From assembly GCF_004010195.1 (NCBI RefSeq), contig NC_057720.1:36556516-36608285 (forward strand): a stretch of DNA of 51,770 nucleotides, in the 5' to 3' direction. Under the pieces are notes generated by a model. It saw nothing but the letters and a program-made list of their open reading frames with translations. It ran no database searches and was not told the origin of the DNA. The stretch comes from Chiloscyllium plagiosum. Its lineage: Eukaryota. Every line of letters starts with the position of its first letter. Positions within the stretch are counted from its first letter, which is position 1. The translations under genes were made by a program, and so were the position numbers. Shown here one piece after another: positions 36,290 through 49,457 of this stretch.

Positions 36290-38265
36290 GAAAATTAAAA
36301 ATACTGGAAATACCTAGCCAGTCAGCAGAAATTCTGCACAAAAAAAACTTTAGTTTTTTTTTAGTTAAGTCAACAGTCTTATCTGAACTCATTAAATTTA
36401 GCAATGTAACAGATTTTGTGCATGTCGAAAAAGAACAATGTAGTCTTTGATAGGGTGGAAGGCAAGAGAATTTGATTGGGCAAATGCCAGTGGGAGTGGT
36501 AATGGGAAAAGGAAACACAAAAGATTAGGAGAGAGGAATTAGGAAATGACAGAATGAAGAGCTACTGTTCAAAGCAAATGAGAGAAGAGAAAAAAAAACG
36601 ATTAGCAAAAGGAGTCAGAAACAAAAATGGGGACAGAAGTTACAAACTCTTTTTTTTGTATGGTCTAAATTTGGCAAATCTTCCCTTTTCTCCCAGCTGA
36701 GAATTCACATCTGCCCAGCTCACCACCAATGTAGCTGATACAAATGTCAAACGGGTACAGATTTCACACTTTCCCACCCTCCCAAAGCCTCGACTCCACT
36801 GCCCCACCTTTAACTTCCATCCAACCAACCTCCTGTGATTAAATCATCTCTGCGATTTCCACTTCATCCAGCATGATGCTACCAAACATATATTTCCCCA
36901 CCCCTTGTTTCCTTTAAACATTTCCCTTCACAACACCTTGGTCTAATCCCATGCAAGCCTTGTAGATGCAACATCAGCCCTCTCAATCTCTATTCTCAAC
37001 AAACAAGACCCCAAACATTTGTTCCAGGTGAAATGGAAAGTTGCTTGCATTTCTTTCAGTTTAGTATACTATATTTGCTGCTCATAATGTGGTCATCCTT
37101 AAAGTTTCATAACATCACTAGGCTAGAAATGCTGAATTTCAGCATGGTATTCAAACCTGTAACGTGAATGTCATCATGGCAGATGGTGAATTCATTTTAA
37201 AAAGTTTGGAATTAAAAGCTAGCTTAATGACAATGATGTAGCCTCAGACGATTATTGTAACAACTCTGGTTCAGTAACATCCTTTAGAAAATAGAAATCT
37301 AAACTTCCCTAGTCTGGCTGTGATGATGCTGTCACATTAAAGGTAATTTTGTCCTGGGTTATTTTGAAGAGAGGTTGTAAAGGCAGAGGTGCTGGACTGG
37401 CTACTGAAACAACTTAAGTCAATAAATTAGGAGGCTTTTAGGTTTTTTATAAAAAAATAACCACACAGTTGGAATAGAAAGGGAATGATCAGTTCTCACA
37501 AACCAGACTGCCTCGTATTTTTTAGCTATAGCAGTCAGAGGCTGCTTGGAGTCCCAGAAGGATTGGAAGCCTCAGTAAATGACTCCTAGCTGCTACTTTC
37601 TCTGAAATCTCTCTTGATATGGTTTCCTCCTGAATTGGAGAACTGCAAGTAAGAATCGGTGTCTAAATTAACCTTTTGGCCAAGAGATGTGTATACGGGA
37701 TGTTACAATATTGGAACAGTTAATTGGTAATAAGACTATCTATTATTCAGTTAAATTTTCCAAAAGAGCCAAATTATTCTAAATTCCTCTCTTTTGTTTG
37801 CGTTATAACTTTAGCATTTAAATAAATTGTGTTTTGCTTAACAGCAAGTAGTTTGACTAGTCACATCACATCTGGAACACATGTCACATCTACCTTTAAA
37901 ATAAGAAAAAATTAGGGCCCAGGCTATCTTAAAATATTTTGGGGGTGGGGGGGGGCATCTTATACTGCGATGTACACCTGCGCTAAACACATTATTTTCC
38001 CCATCACCACTCCCGCCAGCCTCACACCATGAAGGTTTATACTATTTAATCTCTCCCACCTTCCAATCCATTACAGACTTTTTTATAATCTCTTTCCTCA
38101 TCCCTCTCCCCTTCAATTTCCCTCCAACCAATTAAATCACCAAACTTGACCAGGCTTTGATGACGAATTATTGATCTAAAACATGAATACTATCAGATGC
38201 TGCCAAATTCTTAAATATGCTCAGGCTTTCCTGATCTAATTTCAGATTTCAAGCATCTGCAGCAT
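36290..38265 (+). mobile_element. Old Neptune-like Penelope remnant with inverted termini, interrupted by later insertions
   Basis: 37022-37096 reads FQVKWKVACISFSLVYYICCS*CGH (cf. Neptune GIY-YIG FQV..FTC.S.NLVYCI.C..CG); terminal-repeat pieces in opposite orientation at ~36290-36400 and ~38155-38265. Confidence 0.6.
37319..37950 (+). mobile_element. Possible solo LTR nested in the Neptune remnant
   Basis: Abrupt start at 'tgtgatgatg', ~630 bp long, internal AATAAA at ~37821; 3' CA end and TSD not identified. Confidence 0.3.
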
Positions 38266-39329
38266 TTACATACTTTATTTTAAAAATTGGATTTTTCTTT
38301 GAATTGTAATCTTTGTGAATCTCACCTTTAAATGAGCTTTTAAAAAAAAAAGCAAAAGTTCACCAATGCCCTCCAAGCTAAGGTGACAGAAGCAATAGGG
38401 CTGCGCTTTAAGTGATTTAAATACATCAAGACTGTAATGTCAGTTTGAGGTCTACTTAGGATTTCTGCTTTTCCAAATCAATACCATAGCTTTATGATTA
38501 TGCCAATGTTGAACTTCAGTCTCTGTTAACCCCACCAATACCAATACCACTGAGAAAAAATAAACTTGATAATTTAAAGAATCTTTATTATTGACTTCTA
38601 CACACCGCTTATTTGATACACATTTACAGGATGCTTAAAATTCTTGCAACTTCATATCATCCTAAATTTCTATTTGCAAGAATCTCCAGGATCCACATCA
38701 TCAAGGTCACATTGAAAAGTCAAAATGGAATTTAGTCATCTGCTCAGTCAATATTCCAAGCACATTTTAGGTTTAAATACTACACAAGCAGGTAGAGCCA
38801 CCATTTCATATTCAATTCAAAGTGATGGCTAATAATCAAGTCAATGGAATGCTAGGCCTCAAGTGAAATCTCTAACCAGAATCTGAACATTTGTTTGGAG
38901 GGGGAGGGGAGAAAGCAGGACAGAGAGGCTGAAGGTTCCCAAGTACCCACTCTTGTCTCACATCCATTAGCGGCTCTAGGAATGATTAACACAAATAAAT
39001 ATTTAAAATTTGCACGTGTTTAAACAGTTGCCACTTTCATGCAAAAGAGATTACTGCAAAGAAAAGCAGTACAAATGAGCACAGGACAGTAACCATCAAC
39101 AGCAAATTTAAAATAAAAAGCTCAAGGTGCTGACATTCTTGTCCATTTAGGTTAAAGTCTGGAGCTAAAAGTAGCTACAATTCCACAATGTGAAAAATTA
39201 TATTGTTCTTGAGTTGCTCTGATAATGTAGTGAACATTTAAGCTTGCACCACTGTTCTCAAAAAGGAAAACCAATTATTTTTCCCACCAAGTGGAGAAGA
39301 GACTTTCCCCTCTTTCAGCTTATTCCCCA

Positions 39330-39590
39330 ATGGTAGCACTCTGCCTCTGAGCCACACGGACCCAGGTTGAAGTCCCACCCAAGAGCATAAGCATGTGAAA
39401 ACCACAGCTGACACTCCAGTAGAAGGTTGAGAGCGCACTGCACTGTTGGAGGGATAATCTCTCTGTAGAGAAATCTCAGTTAGCTGTACAAAAATCTCTT
39501 GACACCATTTCAAAAGGAGGACAGGAGATTTATCCCTGAAGTCCTCACCAACATCCATCCCTCAAAAATCAACATCACAGATTGCTAACT
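39330..39590 (+). mobile_element. DeuSINE (SacSINE1-like) remnant
   Basis: tRNA-like head 'tggtagcactctgcctctgag...ggttgaagtcccac' and Deu-like domain 'caggagatttatccctgaagtcctcaccaacatccatccctcaa...caacatcacagattg'. Confidence 0.6.
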
Positions 39591-39961
39591 ACATTCATAA
39601 TGAAAGAAAAGTGTTGGTGAATATAGATGTTGTTCTGTGGTAGCAACATAAAAGCAGAAGCACAAACTCTGTCACTGACCTACCAGAAAATAGTTGTATT
39701 AAAATGAACACACTCAAAATGGATAGAATTTTCAGGCGGCCTGAAGCACAAATGAATGTCTTATCAGAAAGTCCATGTCACATTGACCACAATTTTCCAC
39801 CTTGAAACATTAACTTAGCCATGATATCTACACAAGCCCATTGTTGTGAACAAGACCTTGCCCAATGTTTTTAATGCAAACCACTGATGTAAATAGTGTA
39901 TTTTCTTCTTTACTGCAAGGCATTTAATCTAGTTAGATCTCAAAAAAAGGCTACTGAATAT

Positions 39962-40108
39962 GGTGGTGCAGTGCTTAGCGCTGCTGCCTCATAGCGTCAG
40001 GGACCTGGGATCGATTCCAATATAGGGTGACCGAGTGGCGTTTGCACATTTTACCCATGTCTGCATGGGTTTCCACCGGGTGTTCCGGTTTCCTCCCACA
40101 ATCCAAAA
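39962..40108 (+). mobile_element. HE1-like SINE 5' half
   Basis: 'ggtggtgcagtgcttagcgctgctgcctcatagcgtcagggacctgggatcgattcc...ccggtttcctcccacaatccaaa'. Confidence 0.85.
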
Positions 40109-40603
40109 GAATATTGCATGCAATTCTGGTCTCTTTCCTATCGGAAAGATGTTGTGAAACTTGAAAGGGCTCAGAAAAGATTGACAAGGATGTTGCCTGG
40201 GTTGGAGAATTTGAGCTACAGGGAGAGGTTGAATAGGCTAGGACTATTTTCCCATGAGCATCGGAGGCTGAGGGGTGACCTTATAGGAGTTTATAAAATC
40301 ATGAGGGGCATGGATAGGTCTTTTTCCTGGAATGTGGGAGTTCAGAACTAGAGGGCATAGGTTTAGGGTGAGAGGGAAAAGATACAAAAGAGGCCCAAGG
40401 GGCAACTTTTTCACGCAGAGGGTGGTACACGTATGGAACGAGCTGCCAGACGAAGTGCTGGAGGCTAGTATGATTGTAACATTTAAAAGGCAACTGGATG
40501 AGTATATGAATAGGAAGGGTTTGGAGGCACATGGGCCAGGTGCTGGCAGGTGGGACTAGATTGGGTTGGGATATCTGGTCAGTATGGATGAGTTGGACCA
40601 ATG
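40109..40603 (+). mobile_element. CR1 3' fragment directly fused to the HE1 5' half
   Basis: EYCMQFWSLSYRKDVVKLERAQKRLTRMLP; same subfamily as 226-858; terminal microsatellite absent. Confidence 0.9.
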
Positions 40604-41638
40604 GGAACATCCCAAGAACGAATTAAAAGAAAACAGAATTATCCAGCAGCTTCAAAAGAGAAGCCAATAGCATTTTACAACCTCACCAAGAGCAATCAAT
40701 CAATCAGTACATTCTAAAAATCACCCAAAATATCTTAATACTGTCAGTATATCTTGCCCGGAGAAATAGGGGAGAAGATTGCTAAGGAAGTGGGGGGTGT
40801 TGGAAAGAAGAAAGAAGAGGCAGTAAAATCATGGGAGGGGAAGATGTTTCAAAGAAGGAATATAGTTTTAAATTGATCAGAAAACGTAATACACGGTTAA
40901 CTAGGACCGAAAATACTAAAGTGCTGATTTCCTTGCAAATGAATGTGGATTCTCTATTTAAAGGCTGTACAAGTTCAAGAGGTTGGGGAGAAAAAATGAA
41001 GTGGTTGCTGTTATAATGAACAAAGTTAATCGTTAAATTTTAATAGGAGATCACGATATAGCAAAGCAGGTACTTTCTGTGACGGAAACACATTAGCTGT
41101 GGCCTCACTAGTCTGAGGAAGGAGAACCTTTCTTTTAAAGCCACTAGTGGAATAGGCGATGTGGACATCGCTGATTGGACCAGCGCTTATTTCCCTCGAG
41201 ATCTGGGAGTGCTAGTCCAGGATTCTCTAAAAGTTAACTTGCAGGTTGAGTCCGTGATTAAGAAAGAGAGAAAGTGAGGGCTGCAGATGCTGGAGATCTT
41301 GGGATGAAGGCTTTGTTGGCTAGGCCAACATTGATTTCTCATCCGTAATTGCCTAGAGGGCTGGTGAAAGTCAACCAGATTGCTGTGGGTCTGGAGTCAC
41401 ATGTGGGCCAGACCAGGTAAGGCTTGCAGTTTCCTTCCCTAAAGGACATTTGGATCACTAATGGGTTTTTGCCAATAATTGGAACAGGATTTATGGTCAT
41501 CAATTGACTCTTTAATTCCAGATTTTTAAAATTGAATTCGAATTCCAAGATCTGACATGGTGAGAATTGAACCCGGGTTCTCTGAACGTTACCTGTGTCT
41601 CTGGATGAACAAACCAGTGGCAATACTACTAGGCCTCC

Positions 41639-41640
<2 letters not shown>

Positions 41641-41676
<36 letters not shown>
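41641..41676. repeat. (GT)18 microsatellite
   Basis: Read directly from sequence. Confidence 0.98.
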
Positions 41677-41679
<3 letters not shown>

Positions 41680-42049
41680 TATTTTAAAGCTTTTGAAATA
41701 CAGCTGCTTGCTATCCACTAATAGGAGCATCTGATGAAGAATTTTGATGATTAAGCTTTTTAAGATTTTGATTTGGTTCTGAAGTTACACAGATCTTTTT
41801 GCATCAAGCAGTCAGCTAGGTTACCTTGGAGTCAGGAGGTTATATCATGTTTTGAACACGCAGTCTATGTTGATGCAAGAAAGGTACAGGGGAGATTGTA
41901 GCTTTTGTATTCCCACTTTTTAAACACCTTTTCCATTCCCGGTTGAAGCCAGTGGTCTTCTCAGTTAATGATTAATAACTTCTGACTTCTGTCCTTCCTG
42001 TTAATGCTTGTTTACATTTTCGTCTTCAAAGTAATCCTCAAGTTTTTTA

Positions 42050-42325
42050 ACTCCTCGCAGCAGCAGGGACCTGGTTCTATTCCAGCCTGGGGCGTCTGCC
42101 TGTGTGGAGTTTGCATGTTCTACTGATGTCTGCCGCGGTGTGCTCCAGTTTCCTCCCAGTGTCTAAAGATGTGCAGGTCAGGTGAATTGGCCATGCTAAA
42201 TTGACCATAGTGCTAGGTGCATTAGTCAGAGGGAAATGAGTCTGGGTGGGTTACTCTTCGGAGGGTCAGTGTGGACTTGTTGGGCCAAATGGCCTGTATC
42301 CATACTGTAAGGAATCTAATCTAAT
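42050..42325 (+). mobile_element. HE1-like SINE
   Basis: V-domain 'tgtggagtttgcatgttc...tttcctcccagtgtctaaagatgtgcaggtcaggtgaattggccatgctaaattg' and 'aatctaatctaat' tail. Confidence 0.88.
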
Positions 42326-42561
42326 ATCTCTCCTCTTTTAATCTTCCCTCTATTTTTTTCTCTTTTAAATTCCATCACTTTGTACCCATTCTCTTCTCTT
42401 TGCTTAACACCACTACAATAAGATTGCTGTTACTAAGTGAAGAGTTTACCATAATGCATACTATGCAGTGTTGTGAATTGCCAGACTTGCAGAGTACTGG
42501 CATATATGGATGTATGAGATGTTGAGTCCTTTTAGACATTTGGAGAAATTGTTGCCCTCGA

Positions 42562-43435
42562 GAACTGGATGTAGGTTTGCTCGCTGGGCTGGAAGGTTCA
42601 TTTCCAGATGTTTCGTCACCCTACTAGGTAACATCTTCTGTGGGCCTCAGGCGAAGCACTGCTGATAAGTCCTGCTTTCTATTTATATGTTTGGGTTTGA
42701 GTTGGTGATGTCATCTCCTGTGGTGAAGTCACTTCCTTTTTTTTCCCCCATGGGATGGTAGATGGGGTCCAACACGATGTGTTGTTGATAAGAGTTCCAG
42801 TTAGAATGCCATGTTTCTAGGAATTCTCGTGCGTGTCTTTGTTTGGCTTCTCTTAGGATGGATGTGTTGTCCCAAAGTGGTGTCCTTCCTCATCTGTACA
42901 TGAGGATACTAGTGAGAGAGGGTCATGTCTTTTTGTGGCTAGTTGGTGTTCATGTATCCTGGTGGCTAGTTTTCTGCCTGTTTGTCCAATGTAGTGTTTG
43001 TTACAGTCCTTGCACGGTATTTTGTAAATGACATTAGGTTTGCTTGCTGTCTGAATAGGGTCTTTCAAGGTCATTAGCTGCTATTCTAATGTGCTGGTGG
43101 GTTTGTGGTCTACCATGATGCCAAGGGATGTGAATAGTCTGGCAGTCTTTTCCAAGATGTCTTTGATGTAGGGGAGAATGGCTAGGGTTTTTGGATGTGT
43201 TTTGTCTGCTTGTTTGGACTTGTTGCTGAGAAATCAGTGGACTGTGTTCATTGGGTACCCATTCGTTTTGAATACACAGTAAAGGTGATTTTCCTCTGCT
43301 CTGTGTAGCACCTCTGTGCTGCAGTATGTGTTGGCTCGTTGAAATAATGTACTGATGCAGCTTTGTTTGTGGATGTTGGGGTGATTGTTTCTATAGTTCA
43401 ATATTTGGTCTTTATGTGTTGTTTTCCTGTAGACT
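42562..43435 (-). mobile_element. Penelope (Poseidon-like) 3' fragment: RT C-terminus, GIY-YIG endonuclease, terminal repeat
   Basis: ORF 42853-43074 KPNVIYKIPCKDCNKHYIGQTGRKLATRIHEH; upstream YRKTTHKDQILNY and NGYP motifs; degenerate hammerhead 'cagaagatgttacctagtagggtgacgaaacatc' at ~42607-42640. Confidence 0.92.
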
Positions 43436-43444
43436 TTCTCAAAA

Positions 43445-43797
43445 CCTGCTAAGATAATGCATGGCTTAGAAAGGGAAGTTGTTTCCGTTAGTTGGGGAGA
43501 CTAGGACCTATGGGCACAGCCTTAAAATTGGAGGGGGTCAATTTAGAAGGGAAATGAGGAGACATTTCTTCAGCCAGAGTGTGGTGGGCCTGTGGAATTC
43601 ATTGCAACGGAGCACAGTGGAGGCCGGAACATTGGTGTCTTCAAGGCAGGGATTGATAAGTTCTTGATCTCGCAAGGAATTAAGGGCTACAGGGACAGTG
43701 CAGGTAAGTGGAGTTGAAATGCCCATCAGCCATGCTTAAAATGGCAGAGTGGACTCGATGGGCCGAATGGCCTTACTTCCACTCCTATGTCTTACGG
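43445..43797 (+). mobile_element. CR1 3' fragment
   Basis: FPLVGETRTYGHSLKI...RRHFFSQSVVGLWNSL; tail 'ggccttacttccactcctatgtcttacgg'. Confidence 0.88.
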
Positions 43798-44675
43798 TAT
43801 TTGTACTTTTATGATGAAAACATTGTCTGTGTTCTGACACTACTGTGATAACAATATACCACCAGCCTTTCTGTCTGTTGCATCAAGAATAGTGAGTGAG
43901 TTCCTAGAAGTTCCACGATCCTTTGTCAGAGCATGATATGCTGAAGAGGAGATGTTCCTTTCAAGTGGCTGGCCTGCAGTAGGAATTCTGCACAATACAT
44001 TGATCGCAGGGGAATAATATCAAATCCAGGAAAGTTACTATTTAAGGATGTATGTCATCTATACGTTAAGGCTCTAAGAGATGGTTGCATTGGTGATCAT
44101 TGTCCAAAATTCCTTATCTTTTGAAATTACTCAAATCTAAGAAAGCAAATATGAATCGAGAATTGAAATAACAAGAGTGAAAATAGGTAACTGCAGAACC
44201 AGTTAGCTTGACTCCAGGCTAAGGGGTGACCTTACAAAAGTTTACAAAATCATAATGGCATGGATGGGTAAACAGACAAGTCTTTTCCCCATGGTAGTGG
44301 TGGTGATGGTGATGAAGGTGGTGAGGGGGGTCCAGAACTTTAAGAGGGGAGATAATATTGCACCTGCTTTCCTATTACCTTCGTGAAAGGGCAGTAATAT
44401 GTACCCATTATCATCTGCAAATAGAGTATAACTCACCACCATCTCAATGGCAATTATAGAGGAGCAATAAATGCTAATCAGTAATGCAGAGACCTTTTGG
44501 CCAATTCATTACCTGTAGGAATTGTAAAGAAAGCAGATCATCAGAATCACGAGCATACAGCTCCACTCCTGATTTTACATCAGACGGTTGGGCATTTTGC
44601 AGAAAAGGAAAATAAACTACAAATGCAGAAATGTCATCTTATTACTTTGTGCTACAGATTGTTCTGGACAGTATT

Positions 44676-44746
44676 GGGCTTATGCCCGAAACGTCGATTC
44701 TCCTGTTCCCTGGATGCTGCGCCTTTCCACCAACACATTTTCAGCG
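44676..44746 (+). mobile_element. 71-bp Penelope-derived insertion starting at hammerhead stem II
   Basis: 'gggcttatgcccgaaacgtcgattctcctg...'; perfect 12-bp TSD ctggacagtatt (44664-44675 and 44747-44758). Confidence 0.85.
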
Positions 44747-45979
44747 CTGGACAGTATTCCTCAAGTCAGATTGACTATGTTGAAACTTTCAACCAAAATG
44801 TCAGTATTAGGCACGGTCTTAATGGGTTAGCTAAAACAGAAGATTCTTGCATAGGGCCTTCAATGTGAGGCTGTTAAATAATTCAGATCTTTATACTGAA
44901 TTGTATGTTTGCTGCTGCTCGGAGAAGATTAACCAAAACATTAAATCAAAAAGATGGCACGTGGAAGCTCAATTCATGTTTTAAGCAAAATCAAATGGGT
45001 TAAAATGATCTTTAATTCCATGGTGGTCACATTCCCAATAAATGAAACGAGCAACTATAACCCGCTTGCATTGTGCATAAGAAAACAATTCAGTGCAGCT
45101 GCCATGTGCTTGTGGTCAAACTGTACCAATCCTGCAAAAAATTTCAAAAGCTTCTTTTCCCAGGGGTTTTCAACTGTAGCCCCCAAAAGCTGCAGACTTG
45201 AAAAACAGTAACGTATAGCTCATTATGGACATAGGCAGGCTTCAAGATGAAAATACTTCCTGTTTTAAAAATATATATTTTGTTTTGTCTAACAGGCAGC
45301 TTGATATATGTTGTAACATAAAATGAGGTGAGAGAACTAGGCAAGCTTTCATGCTCCGAAAGTCTGGCATGTTGCATCGAAAATTGTTTCCTGAATTGTC
45401 ATTTCTGGTAGGACATTGGAGAAAAAATATCCAAAAATGCTGACATCAATCTCGTACGTAGAGCAAACTAGAAGGACAAACACAGGAGACCAAAGAAAGG
45501 TATAGCTAGTTAAATAGATGACTAAGCAAGAAATACTTATCAAGTTTATGCAAATGAACTGGTGCAGTTTATAAGTTCAAAAACAGAGATATGCAACAAG
45601 TGGTATTATTCTGAATAAATTGAGAGATGTCTAGGTAAAAGGATAGAAATAGCTAAAAACAAGATTATAAGTTGAAGACTTATCTGGGTCAGCCACAAAT
45701 ACATTCAGAGGCAGCATTTTCTGCAACCAGTGAATTCTCCCCAGCTTGGGATGGATGCTGCTACAATAACATTCAAGAGACTCAGCATCATCCAAAACAA
45801 AGCATAGGTCAAGTTCCTTCCACCACTGGTACTCTCAGCTTCACTCCATGAACTGCAACAGTTCAAGGCCACTGACCACAGTATTAAGAGAATTTGGAGA
45901 TGGACAACAATCTCTTTGGATTTTTGGATTTCAGTCTTCACAGTACAAAATTCCATACATTTGTATAAGAAGGACAAAT

Positions 45980-46305
45980 CAGAATCCCTACACAGTGTGG
46001 AAACAAGCCATTTGGCCCAACAAGTCCACACAGACCCAAAGAAAAGTATCTCACCCAGACCCATTCCCCTACCCCTATTACTTTGCATTTCCCCTGACTA
46101 ATGCACCTAGCCTACACATTCCTGAACACTACAGGCAATTTAGCATGGCAAATTCACCTAACCTGCACATCTTTGGACTGTGGGAGGAAACTCATGCAGA
46201 CACAAGGAGAACATGCAAACTCCACAAAGATAGTCACCCGAGGCTAGAATCGAACCCTGGTCCCTGGCGCTGTGAGGCAGCAGTACCAACCACTGAGCCA
46301 CCGTG
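45980..46305 (-). mobile_element. Full-length HE1-like SINE
   Basis: Minus strand 'cacggtggctcagtggttggtactgctgcctcacagcgccagggaccagggttcgattc', V-domain and HER1-like tail. Confidence 0.9.
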
Positions 46306-48077
46306 ACACTGTGGTCAGCAACCTCAGAAGGTAGGGACACTTTGACTGCACCACAAGAGCCTTTACTGATTTTGGTCATTATTTTATATACCCAGAAGTT
46401 GTCTCACACAACTGAGCATTTTGTTCCTCCATCACCAAATCACCTATATTCTTTCCACCTCTTGCCCAACACTAATCACCTGTATTTCTATATACAGAAT
46501 CTGCTAGCAGAGCCTATTAGGGCCAGTGCACTAACACCAAAAGGTGAAGGGAAGGTTGGGGGAGGGGATGAAATCAAAATAGAATTGGAAAGGCAGATAA
46601 GGCCCTCTACCCAGAGGGGATCACATCTTTAAAAGTCATCACACGTATCAGTGGAAACTACATACTACCTCATCTAAGGGCACCCAGGCATGAAAGTAGC
46701 CATGAAAGAGTGACAGTCAGGAAATAGGATCCCCCTCCCCATCCCACTGCTGGGACCTGTTAATGGTCACTTTTGCCAAGTCCAGAAGCAGATTCTCAAA
46801 AAAGGAAGGAATTTTGCTTACATTTCGATATCTATTAATACTCTTGACTTTTCCCACCCATCACCAATCAGTGGTATTTATTGTCTCCATCTTAGCTGCT
46901 GGTAAACCATCTACTTCCAGATGAATAATGGACAGGCAATGCCCATTAAGGGCAGGAATTTTGCTTATCATTGGCTTAAATAGATAATCTAGCTGGAGAC
47001 CATTCATGTTCATTATGTGACTTTAGTAATGCAATAAAGAAACACTCTGCCTTTCCTTGGGCAAAATTAAGCAAATCAACTCAACTGCACTGCACTGATT
47101 AGCCAATAAGCAATCTGTAGCAGCATGTCAAGTATTAATATTTAATGCCACTCCTTCACAATAAACAGAATGTAAAAAAAATTGTTAGCATTTCCAGCTG
47201 CTTTGATCTCAAATAACTCAATCATACCAACTGAGGAGCAGTGACAGACTGCTGATCAGGCAGTGATTTATTTAGCAGCTTTAAGTCAGTCAGGTCCTCC
47301 AGACAGTCTTGGGAAGCTGTATTGGTGAGCAAAACTTCCCTATTTTAATTAAAAAGGGACAGGTATTGTGCAAGTCGCACAAGGCTTTGAAATTGTAAGT
47401 AAACTGTTACATTTGAGGTGGTACAAGCTAGGAATTGTTCACCAAGCCACTGTATTGGATAATGCTCCGGTAGTTTATATACCATAAATTAGGATTTCGC
47501 AACAGCGTGACTCAGTCTGACAAATCGGGTGTTAATCCCATTCTTTTAAGTGTAGGCCAGTCAAAGAGAATTAGAGGAAAGCGAATTACAAAATTAATAG
47601 AAGTTTAAAACACCTAAACTGTCTAGCTAGTCTGTGTCTGCAACAAGAAATAAACAGACAGTTTTTAAAAAAATACATAGGATAATTTGATCAGTGTTCA
47701 CAAGACAATTGAGAGATTAAATTCTGTTCAGGTGCATCAATTATTTCAATTGAATGGGTTAAAGACTAGGGCTCATAATTACAATTATATTATGTTAAAA
47801 CAAGATTTGAGGATTCTATTCAAGAGAAAAGGGTTTGGCAGAAGCAGTTCAGTTCAGAGCCTGATCCAACAATGAATACGATCATGGATGAACTTCCTAA
47901 TCCCCATTTCTTGCCTTTGAGCAAGTTTTTTTTAAAAAAAAAAATCAGGATTTGCATCATTCAATAATGGAGTAAATACAACCCACTGTGATAAAGATTC
48001 TCAAAGATTTGCAATTTCAGTCCTTAAATGATAGCTTCCTTGAGTTATACCCATTGTTGTTTCTCATGGCTAGGTAA

Positions 48078-48293
48078 GGGTTGAGTGTGCTGCTGGAAAA
48101 GCACAGCAGGTCAGGCAGATCCAAGGATCAGGAGAATCAACGTTTCAGGCATAAGACCTTCACCATTCTTGATGTAAGGTTTATGCCTGAAACATCAATT
48201 CTCCTGGTCCTTGGATGCTGCCTGACCTGCTGTGCGTTTCTAGGCATCACACTCTCGACTCTGATCTCCAGCATCTGCAGTCCTCACTCTCTC
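48078..48293. mobile_element. Second fold-back miniature Penelope-derived element
   Basis: Arms 'cagcaggtcaggcag...cgtttcaggcataag' and 'ttatgcctgaaacatc...ctgcctgacctgctg'; 15-bp TSD ctcatggcta[g/a]gtaa (48063-48077 and 48294-48308). Confidence 0.85.
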
Positions 48294-49457
48294 CTCATGG
48301 CTAAGTAATCCAACCTCTCCACTGTCAAGCACTTTCAGAATCCTGCAGATCTGGAAATCTAAAATCAGAACACAAAGTCCCGGAAAGCCTCAGCAGATAG
48401 ATAGCATGATGATCATTTTTTTGTTTTCCTTCAGATGGGTTTCAAATGAGGTCATCTCTCAAATTTTCTAAGCTCCAGGAATAAAGGCCTACTTTACTCT
48501 GATTCTTGAAAAGACCTTTGGATCAAGTTGATGGCTCACAATGCTGATTCACTAATTCTCTAAAGAAAAACTCAGCTTTGGTTTTTGCTGGAACAGAGAT
48601 CACTTCGCACAAGGGATAGACATCCCAGACTAGATTTGGTCATCCTTTTTAGAAAAAAAAAATCAGGAATAGGTAACAACTTCTCAGGTCACAGGAGCCA
48701 GGATTGTATTTGTAATTATACTTCAAAATGTTGAATACAAGAATCTCGAATCACACCAGAAAACGCAGTGGAATTTAGATGCAAAAATCAAAGTGGTGAC
48801 ATATACAATGCAATGATTAGAGCATAGCAAGAAAACTTGGTGCCATTTAACAGAAATAACTTTTTTCTTTCCATTCTTTAGAGATTCAGAGGCACAGATT
48901 ATGTCATTGCTTCTTGAAATTCAATCTAAGCCATTTCAAAATTCAAATCAATGAGTATTTTTTCAAGCAGAACCAACCAATAACCCCACTTCTAAAAAGG
49001 AGGTGGTTACTGAACAGAATCCGACTTGTAATGCATTCATACAAAAAAGTTTAGAGAATTATTTTCAAAAGTAATCAAAATATTTGTACTCTGTATAATT
49101 GTACTGTTGATCAGAGATTACAGTATCAAGTTTACATGAAGCTGTAGGGAGCGTTGTAAATAGGTCTAGTTTAGATGTCGTCAATTGACTCTTATTCAAA
49201 TCAGCTGCCAACCTACTAATTGTCACTTAAGGCTGACATTATGGAAACAAATACACTTGGAAGTTCTGCCAAGGAAATAAGCTCTGTGTTAGAAACTGAA
49301 TGAACAAGGTTTGAAGCTTGTAAAGAGGAAAACAAAAATCAATCTTATGCTTCAAAAGCTAATCACAAACCTTCTGAGAAATCTAGAAAATGCAAGGCTG
49401 AAAATCAATTCAAGGTTATGTAATAAGTCAAATTAATCTCAAATATGCTCCACCTAT

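Noticed and set aside
45349..45543. Hydrophobic ORF as the first exon
   Set aside because: TTG start, resembles a pyrimidine tract, and no donor in the right phase was identified.
46245..46305. tRNA gene
   Set aside because: tRNA-derived SINE head that continues into the V-domain; no cloverleaf 3' end or terminator.
45848..46306. 152-aa ORF (also 1390-1740)
   Set aside because: Antisense translation of an HE1 SINE.
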